From: Potamilus streckersoni
Lineage: Eukaryota
DNA length: 64,000 bases
NCBI GenBank assembly: GCA_016746295.1
Contig: JAEAOA010000822.1
Span: 1,014,104 to 1,078,103, forward strand
Direction: 5' to 3'
In this document: piece by piece, positions 40,149-51,176 of the stretch
How positions within the stretch are numbered: the stretch's first letter is position 1
How the letters are laid out: each line of letters starts with the position of its first letter
Notes under the pieces: model-generated
Seen by the model: only the letters and a program-made list of their open reading frames with translations
What the model was told of the DNA's origin: nothing
Databases searched by the model: none
Made by a program: the position numbers and the translations under genes

Positions 40149-40408
40149 TCTACAATAGTAAAGAGAGTAAGATTAACAAAGGAGTTAAATGAACAATGAA
40201 TACAAATCTTTGAATAGGTCTCCCACAATACCAATTAAATAGCTATATGAAATCTACCATTAAACATTAATAATTTTTGGACAAAGTCCAAAGTCCATAC
40301 AGATAACATCAAAAACACTTGAAAACATTTGTTATGGTTATTCCACCTTTCCTTTTCTTGATGGTCTCAGCTCCTACCCCCACCCCAGTAGGATATTAGG
40401 GTGCTTAC

Positions 40409-40511
40409 CTTGCTTGAACTGTACTTTGGCTCCTGTTTCAGCCTGAATCTTCTTGATCATTTCTCCTCCCTTTCCAATTACAATACCAACTGCTGTTCTA
40501 GGCACACCAAT
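40409..40511 (-). CDS. FUBP/KHSRP: FUBP-like exon J (KH3 core, '[34 protein letters not shown]').
   Basis: Acceptor 'tggtttttgtag|ATTGGTGTGCC', donor 'TTCAAGCAAG|gtaagcacc'. Matches human '[36 protein letters not shown]'. Confidence 0.9.
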
Positions 40512-41000
40512 CTACAAAAACCACAGTTGTAGTGAGTGTTTCAGGATTACAGTAAGTTTGTTATTAACATAAATGCAAATTTATATTGAGAATTTGTTTT
40601 TTTTAACAAAAATATCAAAAAATACTTATAATAATAACTTAGCCTTTCTAGTTTTATTAAGCTCTAATTTGTCATCATGGAAACACCTTTCTGATTCATT
40701 AAATACCTTTGCCTTTAGTTGTATTTGTGAATTTTTTTGTCTGTTGAAGCCAACAATGTGGAACATTCCAACTGTCATCGTACAGATCAAATATTTACAA
40801 TACAGAATATGTCTTCACAAAGTCAATGAGGGTGTCATCATATAAAATTTCTGCTGTATGAAGTTATTTTGGGTTTGCTATCAGAAATTTTAACATCTCT
40901 AAAATGATTTGAACCATATGCTATGATGCCTGGAGCATCATTACAGTGATGTCCAGCACTGAGGCAACATAACACAAACGTGGCATCTTCTCCCAACCTG

Positions 41001-41135
41001 TCATATTATCCTGACACCAGGCCAATCAGTCCCAACACTAACCTCTCAAAATCAATCAACTTTGCTGACTTGGCCGAGGTTCTATATCTCTACCTCCTGT
41101 ATCCTAGGTACAATTTAACCACTTAGATCACCAGA
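41001..41135 (-). mobile_element. Divergent or partial member of SINE family X (intronic)
   Basis: 'catattatcctgacaccaggccaatcagtcccaacactaacctct...' parallels the first 55 nt of copies 1 and 2. The distal part 'aaccacttagatcaccag' parallels 'aaccactaggccaccgg'. The middle diverges. Confidence 0.45.
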
Positions 41136-41523
41136 GCAGTCCAAAACAAGTAGGTGCTTTTGTACTAAGGGCATTTGAGGAAAGTGCTTTGCTGCTGTAG
41201 CTGACCTGACAAATCTAACTGGCAGTTCTGTTGTACTGGCCTGAAAAGCTGCTCAGATATACCTAAGTGTAAAGTTGGATGGCTTCTAACCTAATATATT
41301 TTGTGCTATAAGCAACATTTAATTTATGACAAAGACATATAAAGAGAATTGGAGAGATATTAGCACATAGTGCACAGGAAAAATCTCATTCTATTTTGTG
41401 AAGACAGCTTTAAGCTATAGCCACACTGAAGCAGCTGTGAAACTGAACATTCTTACCTCAGTGCATCAGATGGAATGCGAGTCTTCCCAAAATAAAAAGG
41501 TGCCTTTAAAATGTGTAATCTTA

Positions 41524-41583
41524 CCTCCATATTATTGCGGTCTTGGTATCCTCCACCTCCTCCCATGCCACCATAAAACCCAG
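41524..41583 (-). CDS. FUBP/KHSRP: FUBP-like exon I (Gly-rich KH2-KH3 linker, 'AGFYGGMGGGGGYQDRNNME'). The donor is non-consensus.
   Basis: Acceptor 'gggtttgttttctctag|GCTGGGTTTTATGG', proposed donor 'AATATGGAG|gtagatt'. An in-frame TAA 15 nt later forces a donor here. Parallels human 'GGFREVRNEYGSRIGGNEG'. Confidence 0.65.
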
Positions 41584-42065
41584 CCTAGAGAAAACAAACC
41601 CCATTGTAAGTGTCTATTAAATGCATTTATTAATGTACATGCTATCGAAATTTACCTCCACTATTTTACCAGACCTGCTGAATCACTTAAAATTTTTTTG
41701 CTTGACACAAACTGATCTTCCTTGTAACCCTAACCTTTTTCCTGTATCAAATTCTGGTTTCTAATGGAATAAAGAGTGATTTAATAATTTAAAACCTTAA
41801 AATGTATTTAAGGACAAGGATGCCCCACCAGAAACTGAAAAGATACAAATGCAAAAACTTGCTGTGTAAATTAATGAGATAGATATGGGAAGCAATATAT
41901 GTCCCTATCACTGTCATAGTCATGCTTAATTAATATGCAAGATTAATAATCAATATATTGAATAACATCAGGACCAAGGGAATAAATCAGTTGTCTCCAG
42001 GTCTTGGAAACAATGAATTTAATCTTCTGCCGATTCAGGAAACAAAATTAATTTGCATGAATTAC

Positions 42066-42113
42066 CTCCATATCTTTTTCTCTCAGGAGCTCCATAACCA
42101 TTTCCTTGGCTCT
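42066..42113 (-). CDS. FUBP/KHSRP: FUBP-like micro-exon H (KH2 C-terminal helix, 'RAKEMVMELLREKDME'), 48 nt.
   Basis: Acceptor 'aatttgtcatttttcag|AGAGCCAAGGAAATG', donor 'GATATGGAG|gtaattcat'. Matches human 'AKEMVLELIRDQ'. Confidence 0.85.
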
Positions 42114-43518
42114 CTGAAAAATGACAAATTACAATTTTAGTAACATTAATGACCAATAAAACATGTTAAAGTAGCAGAACGCATTTTTCAGGGGTGTTTT
42201 TAAACACTGTTTTCCATACAGATAAAAAGCAAAACCTTCCACAACACAATCACCATAAAAGCAGATCTCTTCATACACAAAGGACAGTCTTTCAAAAAAA
42301 AGAAAAGTTTTCTTTATTTACACAACTTTCCATCTTTCTAATCTGGTCCTTTCCTACATTCTCAAGAAAATAATAATCACAATCTGGCCCTTTAAAAGGA
42401 GAATGTCAGGAAAAAACTTCAATCAATCTATGTAATTCAAACTACACTGTAACTAAAGCTATGCATTTCCAAGCTTTGGGAAATAAAATTATATTTCAAA
42501 GATTTCCATTTGGAACAACATGAGCATAGTTCTTTTATGCCAAGCTGCATAACTGCACTTGTGCCTACCCTAACCATGAAAGACTATCCCCAAGAAGTAC
42601 TAGTACAACCATTAAGTGGCAAAAAAAGTGTAATAAAAGCATAAAAATTGTACACAGCTGCTGGAAATTTAAATTTATTCATTTTTGTTACTAACTTGAA
42701 TCTGCAGCCCATGTTCCTGCCACAAATTGGCAAAATCCACATGGATTAGTACCCAAATAGAAACAAAAGTGTACAAATTATTGGTACACAATACTCACTT
42801 GAAAATGTCTATCATCATGTTCAAACCCTCAACTTATCTTCAAAAGAAGAATATTACCCTAATGATATAGATCACCTCTAAAAAGACTGACATCCATTGC
42901 AAATATGTCATGTTGAAATTTAGGGGCAATATGCAAACTGTTTGGTCCCTGTGACAAAATTAGAAAACAAAAACTTTCCAAATGATGTAAAATTTGAGAA
43001 TGAAGAGTTAAAATGCAAAATTGTTTCCTTTTAATTTCCAGTACAATATACTTAGGACCCAGAGAAGGTACTTTTAAGGAATAATAGTCACCTGTAGATA
43101 CAATTAAGAACTCTTTATCAATTTCATGTTAAGTCACAAGTAACCAGAGTACCCTGGCATGTATTTTTAAAAATGTGCCTCCCTTGGGTAGCACATTATG
43201 TTTAAATGGAACAGCCCTTACTCCTCCATATGTACAATTGAATTTTAACTTGTATGGGTCACCTATCCCATTATTGCTCAGACTGACCAGGGCTGTTCTT
43301 TTAAACATTGTACAAACAAACGCAGTGTTCAGTGTACTCCAACTACTCTTAAGTCAGAATACAATGATACAAAATTCTAAATTGCCTCTTTAATGTGCAA
43401 CTATTCGACAATAAAAATGCCTTCCCAGGGTCAGAGGTACATTTACTGGAACAGCATTCAATAGTTCAAAAAGTCAGGGTTTCTAATTTCTTGGCAGTAA
43501 ATTTTTCTTGTACAATAC

Positions 43519-43617
43519 CTGACATTTCTGTGGATCTCCTGATATTCTCAGTGGTTTATCCATTGATGTGGGTATATTACTATCCTGTATCATTACCATC
43601 TTCACTCCTGCTTTCTC
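43519..43617 (-). CDS. FUBP/KHSRP: FUBP-like exon G (KH2 second half, '[33 protein letters not shown]').
   Basis: Acceptor 'tttttttttattgtag|GAGAAAGCAGGAGTG', donor 'AAATGTCAG|gtattgtac'. Matches human '[34 protein letters not shown]'. It is not in the ORF track (33 codons) and was found by reading the minus strand. Confidence 0.9.
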
Positions 43618-43708
43618 CTACAATAAAAAAAAGTTCATTTTAGCAATAAATCGAGAACTTTGGAATCTCTCCACCAGTCTTACTACTCCCTGCCTTGTTT
43701 GCACAAAC

Positions 43709-43876
43709 AAGCCCTGGCAAGGTTCTAGTTTTAGTTTATTGAAAGGTCTACTATCAAACCCCATTCATAGAGTGCATGTGCACTCTCTAATGGTGTTAGC
43801 GAAATCCTTCCATTTAATGTAGCACATTCTGACACCCATATTACAACAGTAATATGGATTCTAATTATGTGCTGCC
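43709..43876. repeat. Dispersed repeat, copy A (about 165 bp, unknown family), about 90 bp upstream of exon G's acceptor
   Basis: About 90% identical to 47424-47588 in the same orientation ('agccctggcaaggttctagttttagtttattgaaaggtctactatcaaaccccattcatagagtgcatgtgcactct..aatggtgttagcgaaatccttccatttaatgtagcacattctgacacccatattaca..gtaatatgg.ttctaat.atgtgctgcc'). Confidence 0.7.
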
Positions 43877-45535
43877 TCATAATTTAGTTACCGATGTTGT
43901 GACAAAAAGTTCAAAAGGATTTAAAGTGTCATTTCTGTCAAAAATATTTTTCTTTCTTTACTAACTGGAAACTAGTCAGGTGCAAGAAGTTTTCAAGTCA
44001 CCAAACTTTGTCCCAAAATATGCTGACATGTATTATACATAAAAAGGACAGCATTATTCAATGATTGGGTTCCTACAAAACTTGCTCATTATTAACCATA
44101 TACTTTCATAAGCCCCTCTTTTCTGTAAAATTTCTTCTTCTGGTAAATCCTGAATTTAGAATCTAAAAGTTCAACAGTGGAAAAGTATTGCATTGGCAGA
44201 CGTCTGGCAATTTAATAGTAAAAATCGTCACAACACAACAGCATTAGTGCCTTTATTTCAATTGCTAATGTTCTTATTTAAATGAATTTTTAGACTGATT
44301 TTTTTTAAAAAAAATCTTTCAATATTAATTACAAACTAAATGTGTGCCACCATTAAGAATCAGATGTGATTATGATTTTTAACATAGGTTCAGACATACC
44401 TACCCCAGAAAATATTTTTGAGAAATGCGACCACCAAAAATCTGACAGAGCATGAAAATGAGGAACAATGTTTGAGGGAATAAACCTAATCAATTCTCTC
44501 AAAATACCATTAGATACTAGTAATGCATATTTATGATAAATAATTTTGTACAAAACCCAGTACCCACCTATTTACAATATATACAAAATTCAAGTCCAGG
44601 AAAGATCTTGAATTTTTCTTAATCATTGCTTATATCTGTAGAAACTGAGGCAATTCCGCATTCTTTCAGCTCATTTTAATGGAGCATTCGCTGCTATTTC
44701 TTTAACAGCAGTTCCTTTTAATCTACCGCATTGAAATAGTTTAACAATGTTAAAGTCACTAAACATAATTTTAAAAGCATTGAAAATGCATCAAGTGCTC
44801 TCATAGGCAGATTGAGTTCATAACAATATCATAACTTCAGCTCTAATTATATCAGACTTAGGCATAGACGATGAAATCACACTAGATAGAACCTATAATA
44901 AAAAAATCCAACCATTTTCTTGAAGCGTTTACTTCTTTTTCAAGGTCAGAATGTCGTTTTCCTGAAATTTGTATATTGAACATTCCTCCAGACTATTAAA
45001 AAATTCACAATTACAGATGTTGCAGAAAGCGCTTATGTCTGCATTCTTTCCTGGCTTGAAGAATTCATATCCATCACAGTATTCTTTATACAAAAATGTT
45101 CTGTTGTCAGTTTTGATATCCAATTGCTTTTTAGAAGCCATGATATTTTTGTCCATAATCAAGAAATAATTCATTGTAATCTGAATATAAAAGAATCTGT
45201 GAATGTAGACTTTTGTATAACAACCACCTCATATCACATGTTTGCAAGGGCTATTTTAAACCATTGTGCATGCACAAATTTGATAATTCCCTGTTCAAGT
45301 CGGCAATAGCACATTTTATGACAGATTTTTTATACCCACTTTTGTATTTGTGGGACTGAAAGGCAAATATGGACATTTTGCGGAACTAATACGCAAAATG
45401 TGGGACAGTAGGCATGTCTGTAGCTTTAACAATATTTCAGTCATATCACTACAATATCCCCAGTGTGGCAGTTTATAGTGATCTCTAGTATTGCGACATC
45501 ATGCTGCAGACATGTATCATGATGTCCCACCCAGT

Positions 45536-45687
45536 CACATTATCCTGACACTAACCTCTTAATGCTGAGCATCAAGCGAAGCAGCTTTTTAGAACTATTT
45601 TTGTAAGTCTTTGGTATGACTTGACTGGGGATTGAACGCACAACCTCCCACATCCGAGGCCGACGCTCAATCCACTATGCCCACCGG
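45536..45687 (-). mobile_element. tRNA-derived SINE, family X, copy 2 (intronic, minus orientation). The tRNA-like head retains a B box.
   Basis: The reverse complement of 45620-45687 is 'ccggtgggcatagtggattgagcgtcggcctcggatgtgggaggttgtgcgttcaatcccc...', with a 'TAGTGGATTGAGC' A-box and a 'GCGTTCAATCC' B-box. The body 'cacattatcctgacactaacctcttaatgctgagcatcaagcgaagcag' matches copy 1. Confidence 0.65.
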
Positions 45688-47423
45688 TAAGAGTAACAGT
45701 TAATATCAATATTTTTGCCTGCCCTTTGCATGCTACAAACAACCTCAACATGTCACATTGTGGCATGCATTCTGTAGGTTGCAGACACCCGAGAAAATGC
45801 CAATCAAAAATCTGCTCATGCATTTAGAAGTAAAATAATTTTCATTGATACATATATTGTATAAATGCAGAGTTACCTAAAGAAACTCAATAAACATAGC
45901 GTATGGTTTGTGATTCAACCAGGATGTTATTTTATATTGGAAGTATTGGGGAAAATCAAAAATAAGGGGAACCGCACAAACATGAGATAAAGGAGGCCAA
46001 AGTTCAATATTTCCACAACCTAAACACCCTACTTTCTTCTTTAACCATTATGTAAAACCTTTATAGAAATCTCAATCTTTCAAAGATGTCTGAGTTCCAT
46101 AAGCATTATTCTTCCTTGTTTTTTCAGTGTCATCAGTTTCACCATTGTGTACAAATATTATTCTGTACAGCGAACACAGGATATCATCTTTTAGGTAATT
46201 CTGCTCCAAAACTAGATTTTTTTTTACTAACATAACCTTTGCCCGAGTCTTGCTTTCTTGAATAGCACTCTAGTGACTACATGCCAGTTTTACTATTCAG
46301 TTACACTGTATAATTCAAGTGCATTAACAGAATCTACATGTACAGTGTTTTTATCAAATATATACTCTTTATTTTTAAATTTATTTTTACATTCTTATTT
46401 ATTAGATCTATCACAACCTTTATGCTAAGGCTATATAGTTTTGCAGCACATGATCCTGCAGTGCAAAATTGTGAGAGACAAGAAATGAAAAGGGCACAAC
46501 TTTTAAATTGCATTTTAATTTAGCTCATTTGTCTGCCTTTTCTACAATTAAATTTGAAATCCTGCTGAAAAGAGGGGTTGACCATCATGCCATCTGTTTT
46601 GGTCAATCCATCATATATGTTGGATTCGAATTTTAGGCCATATTTTATTTTCAAAATCACTCGCTGGTATATTCTTAAACACTTCCCCAGGTCCTGTAAT
46701 CTGATACAATCCCAATCTTTAAAAATAATTTGCCTTCATTACTATGATCTGCAAGTACCTGCCGAACTAAATAGTCATCTGTAGAAGAATAATGCTAGGA
46801 ACTGGCCATTTTGGGTCTTCCAAATAGCCTGTATTTTTAACACAAATTTAAGAAACTTCCTTTATGCAAGATTCAAAATTCAGCAATGCTTGTTACAATG
46901 TGCCAATCATATTGGGTTAGGGTTTGGGTTAACAACCACACATGTCAATCAAAGAAACCAGTTAAGAAAAAACATGTGACAAGCACTTCAATATTTTTAC
47001 CATTTCTACTTTAAGGGTAAATAGCTGAATCAAGTTGTATACTGCACAGAGTACATTTTCCATTATTGCTGCCTTCCAAACTGGTACAAATTTGGCACGA
47101 ATGGAGCACCTTTAGAGCATACCTGTGCATGGTTATTTTAATTAAATAACTTCACATTGCACCAACCCACACCTGCCATTGCATAATATGCCCCCAAATA
47201 CATTTCAGTAATAAATCGAGAAATGTAATCTTGAAACTGAAGTTCCAATACAAAGGCACCACACTGCCAGGTTATGTAAACCAACCACCCAATTTTTCAT
47301 GAATGTGAGGATTTTTGAGGTCGGACTAGGTGGTGTCATGGCAATTTAAATGACTTGTTATACTTCAAGACCTACCAGATATATCTATCCCACTTTTTAA
47401 TCCCAACTTCAATACTATATAAA

Positions 47424-47588
47424 AGCCCTAGCATGGTTCCAGTTTTAGTTTGTTGAAAGGTCTACTATCAAACCCCATTCATTGAGTGCATATGCACTCT
47501 AATGGTGTTAGCGAAATCCTTCCATTTAATGTAGCACATTGTGACACCCATATTACAGTAATAATGTGGGTTCTAATCATGTGCTGCC
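47424..47588. repeat. Dispersed repeat, copy B (same family and orientation as 43709-43876), in the same intron
   Basis: See copy A. Both copies lie in the 5.4-kb intron between FUBP exons F and G. Confidence 0.7.
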
Positions 47589-48970
47589 AAGACTTCATAA
47601 CAAGTGGGAAACAATTCCAAATTTATTTTTTTATAAGATTTGGTAAATACTGAGTATTTATATAAAAATGTGAAATTATAAAATTTAGAATTACAGGCAG
47701 ATGCACCCACTCAAATGGCTTTTCAGTATTTTCAGGGGCATTTTCAGTTTTTCATGTCATCTTTCAGTATTCTTGAAAAGTGAAACCATTATCATCACAG
47801 TTCATTCCATCTTGTAACCAAATTATCAAAGTGACGAATGAGCCATACTGCAAAAATGATGCAAAATATTTTAAACAATTAAGTTTTAAATATTTAATAT
47901 TAATGATCATCAGTGTTGAGCTTAGCAAGTGTTACAGCAAAATTTCATGTTCAGTGCTACACGTATTTCACATGCATCTCTGGATCTGGCTTATTTTTTT
48001 CACAGTATGAACTTTTCAATTTCACCACCTGTCAGTTCACAACTTCAGCAGGAGTCCTTAGCAGGGAGTGTACGTCACTTGATTATACTTGAAGTACTCC
48101 CACAGAACAATGAAATGAGTCATTTTACTAGTGTTATCAAAATCTTTATGTTTCTAAATTTGGTGTAAGATTTCATTTCCGCATTCACTCCCAATTTAAA
48201 TATCAGTTTCAGATAGCATACAAAAGGTATAACAATCGCCTTTTGGCTAGCAGAAATAACCCATGTCTTCCTGTATGATGTGAAAAACAGCTTTTCTTAT
48301 CTCTTGTTGCTTTGGCTTAAGTTGATTCTTCAGAGACTCTTCCTCATAAAAGTTTCTAATTCATTTTCCAAACTCATCAACACTAGCACAGAAAACTGTT
48401 TGCAGCTTTTCTGCATTTTATGAAATCAAACCACCCATTTCCACACATTATGTAACAGTACATAAGATTCTATGCTGTTTGCAGTTTGACCAAACTTTTA
48501 ATCAAATATATACAGTACTGGTGCAAGACAACTGTGTTCCACATTAAGCAAGGGTTTGGAATTTGCTGTCCCAAGTCCCACAAATTCTGACTGCACACCC
48601 CACTGGGCAATTTATATTGTTTGTCAAGAGCAACAAAAAATGGTAAAGAAATAATTTTTCTTTAGTGTTAGAAAAGGCAGTAGCTAAAGGGACTAAAGTT
48701 GATAAAAACTTTATGCTGGCAATGAACATCCATTTCACAACAATATATCTGGCAATGGAAACAACCATGTGGATGACAATAAAAACATTATTGGCTTGTG
48801 TCAGTTGACGGAAGTGCAATATAGCTGGCCTTAAGTTTGGTATATCTGCCAACCTCTGGTGCAATGGATTGCATAATTTTTAAAAAACTGGATATAACTG
48901 CTTTAAAAGTCAACATAAGTTACATGCTATTTAAAAAAATATCAAGTGTACAGCTGACAATGACACTCAC

Positions 48971-49139
48971 CTGCAATTGTTTTATTGTTTCTCCTCCCTT
49001 TCCAATGACTAATCCTACTTTGTTTCCCGGGATCATCATTTCCAATACACTCTGATCCCCACCCCCACCTCCACTATAGTGATCCATATTAGATGACTGT
49101 CCTCTTTCGATTATCTTCTGTATCTGGCTCTTAACATTT
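48971..49139 (-). CDS. FUBP/KHSRP: FUBP-like exon F (KH1-KH2 linker plus KH2 core, '(Q)[56 protein letters not shown]').
   Basis: Acceptor 'ttttgtttttgttttatttgcacag|AAATGTTAAG', donor 'CAATTGCAG|gtgagtgtc'. Matches human 'SAKRLLDQIVEKG...[26 protein letters not shown]'. It lies inside the listed minus ORF 48920-49207. Confidence 0.9.
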
Positions 49140-50335
49140 CTGTGCAAATAAAACAAAAACAAGATCAGACTGACCACTGACATGGTTGACATGTTTTTAA
49201 AATCCAAAACAATTTACCAAGCTATATGCTATTAGCACACTATCTTCTGAGAGCATAAATTGATTTCGTTATTACAGTGATGGCAAGTATAATGGAATGC
49301 ACGACATCATCGCTAGAGCAGACTTTTAAGGTCTTGTACCATGATGCTTTCTGTGATAACTGGTCAAATTCCATCAAACCAGGCTTTTCAAATTCTGTTC
49401 AGTGGTGTTTGCAAAGTCACATAAATGTTTCTGTGCTTACAGTAACAAAAACCATACTTGATGTCATTTTAACATCATTTGTGCAAACCTGAAAGTCTTG
49501 TAAACATTCTCATTCTAGCAAAGGTGGTCATGTCTCGAGGTGGATTGGCACCAGTTGCAAAAATTTATTTTACTGGGGATGTTTATGGGCAAGTCTGGAT
49601 GAAATTAGTCCAGCAGTTTTATCTGATGTCTGCAACTACTAATTAACGTTTGCACCACAGAAGGCATCCAAGTGGACATACCATAAGCTCGCTTGTCCTT
49701 ATAAACACATAACCTAGATCAGTCAAATAATTTGTTACCCCAAGTTTTGGAAACCAAATGGCTAGCATGTAAAAGCATTATAGTAAACATGTAAGCTACA
49801 TTAGTAAAGACAATATTAACAAAATTTGCTATCCAAATTAAATGAGGTCTTGTCAAATTTATAATACATTCAACATTTAACACCTATGACTACAACAAAG
49901 GAATCTTATTCCACTCATATTACATCAATATAGGGCTAACAAACCTTCTAGATATCCAAAAATTCTTAAGGGAAAAATGGATTGGACTAATGACCAGAGG
50001 ACATCAACAGTAAACCGGTGCATCAGCAGGAATCCCCCTTAAAAACTCGACATAAAGCTAAAATTTTAACTTGTTTAAACCTTGACTCCAACATTACATT
50101 ATGTCTTATGACATACTATATTAAACATTGTGTAAATTTACTTGTCTGGCAAGTACACCTTCCAAGTAAAGGTTCATGAACTAAGCAGACAAGGTTGACC
50201 TTTTGCAGCATCAAAAACCATTTAGACATCAGTAATACTTTTGTTCAAAATCAACAATGTTGAAAGGCATAATATAACTGATAAATAAAAGTAGCATAAA
50301 GACAAAGGTTAAATGTAATATAAAAAGCTACTTAC

Positions 50336-50393
50336 TGAATAGCATTTGGCGATCCAGTCAACGTGCATGGTCTGTCGGGCCTGCCACCACTAT
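50336..50393 (-). CDS. FUBP/KHSRP: FUBP-like exon E (KH1 C-terminal, '(D)SGGRPDRPCTLTGSPNAI').
   Basis: Acceptor 'cttatcattctag|ATAGTGGTGGCAGG', donor 'GCTATTCA|gtaagtagc'. Matches human 'DSGGLPERSCMLTGTPESVQ'. Confidence 0.9.
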
Positions 50394-51104
50394 CTAGAAT
50401 GATAAGACATCAAGTTTCAGACAACATTTCTAGCTACAATAATAACCTATGTACTAGATTTCTGTTTTGAAACTTGCTGGAATTTCCATGATTCCAACCT
50501 TTTACTACACAGTGGAAGTTAAATTGATTTGTAATTGTTTGACCCCTGATTGATATGAACTATTTTTTGCCCCAAAGGTAGCTGTGCATACTGTTTGGTA
50601 AAATATTAAAAAAATGATAAAATGTAATCTAACCAATATATGGAGGAAAAGGGTAATCTTACAAATGCCACTGAATTTATATGGGTCTTATAATCATTAC
50701 ATTGGAACTTGTGACATTTGATTTTAAAAAAAAATTAGGTAGTCAAATCAATATATATTTAGGAAATGAAGTTCTAAATTAACAGGTGTTGGACAGATGG
50801 ATTTGCCTAGAAACACTAAATGGCATTATGTGGAAGATCATTCACTCATTTTAACAGATTCTGCTGCTTTCCATTCAGTCAAATCTGCTTTAGTGGTCAT
50901 CTGTATACAACATTTACATGCATACAGAGGCCATATTTCATTCAAGACAATATTTACAATTTATTGCACTTTGTCCTGTATTTATAGGCAAACCTTATAC
51001 AGTCCATGAACTTTCACAACAAATGGACAGTGTCTTCTTGACATTTCGGATTGCAACTGTCAAAGCAAATGCTTTCATACTACAAAAATGAGCAAGGAGC
51101 TTAC

Positions 51105-51176
51105 CAGGTGCAATTTGAATCTTAACGCCTGTCTCAGCCTGCAGCCTAGTGATTTGTTCTCCGCCCTTACCAATGA
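51105..51176 (-). CDS. FUBP/KHSRP: FUBP-like exon D (KH1 core, 'IGKGGEQITRLQAETGVKIQIAP').
   Basis: Acceptor 'cctctgtttgcag|TCATTGGTAAGGGCGG', donor 'ATTGCACCTG|gtaagctcc'. Matches human '[24 protein letters not shown]'. Confidence 0.9.

Noticed and set aside
42790-42960. Minus-strand segment 'KFQHDIFAMDVSLFRGDLYH' as the second half of KH2
   Set aside because: It contains in-frame stops and only vague similarity. The true exon ('[12 protein letters not shown]...[10 protein letters not shown]') is at 43519-43617.
44929-45174. Minus ORF 44929-45174 (81 aa, 'CNICNCEFF...') as a zinc-finger or transposase gene fragment
   Set aside because: There is no recognisable domain. It overlaps an equally long plus-strand ORF (44969-45169), which suggests chance ORFs in AT-rich intronic sequence. 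It is not part of the FUBP exon chain.
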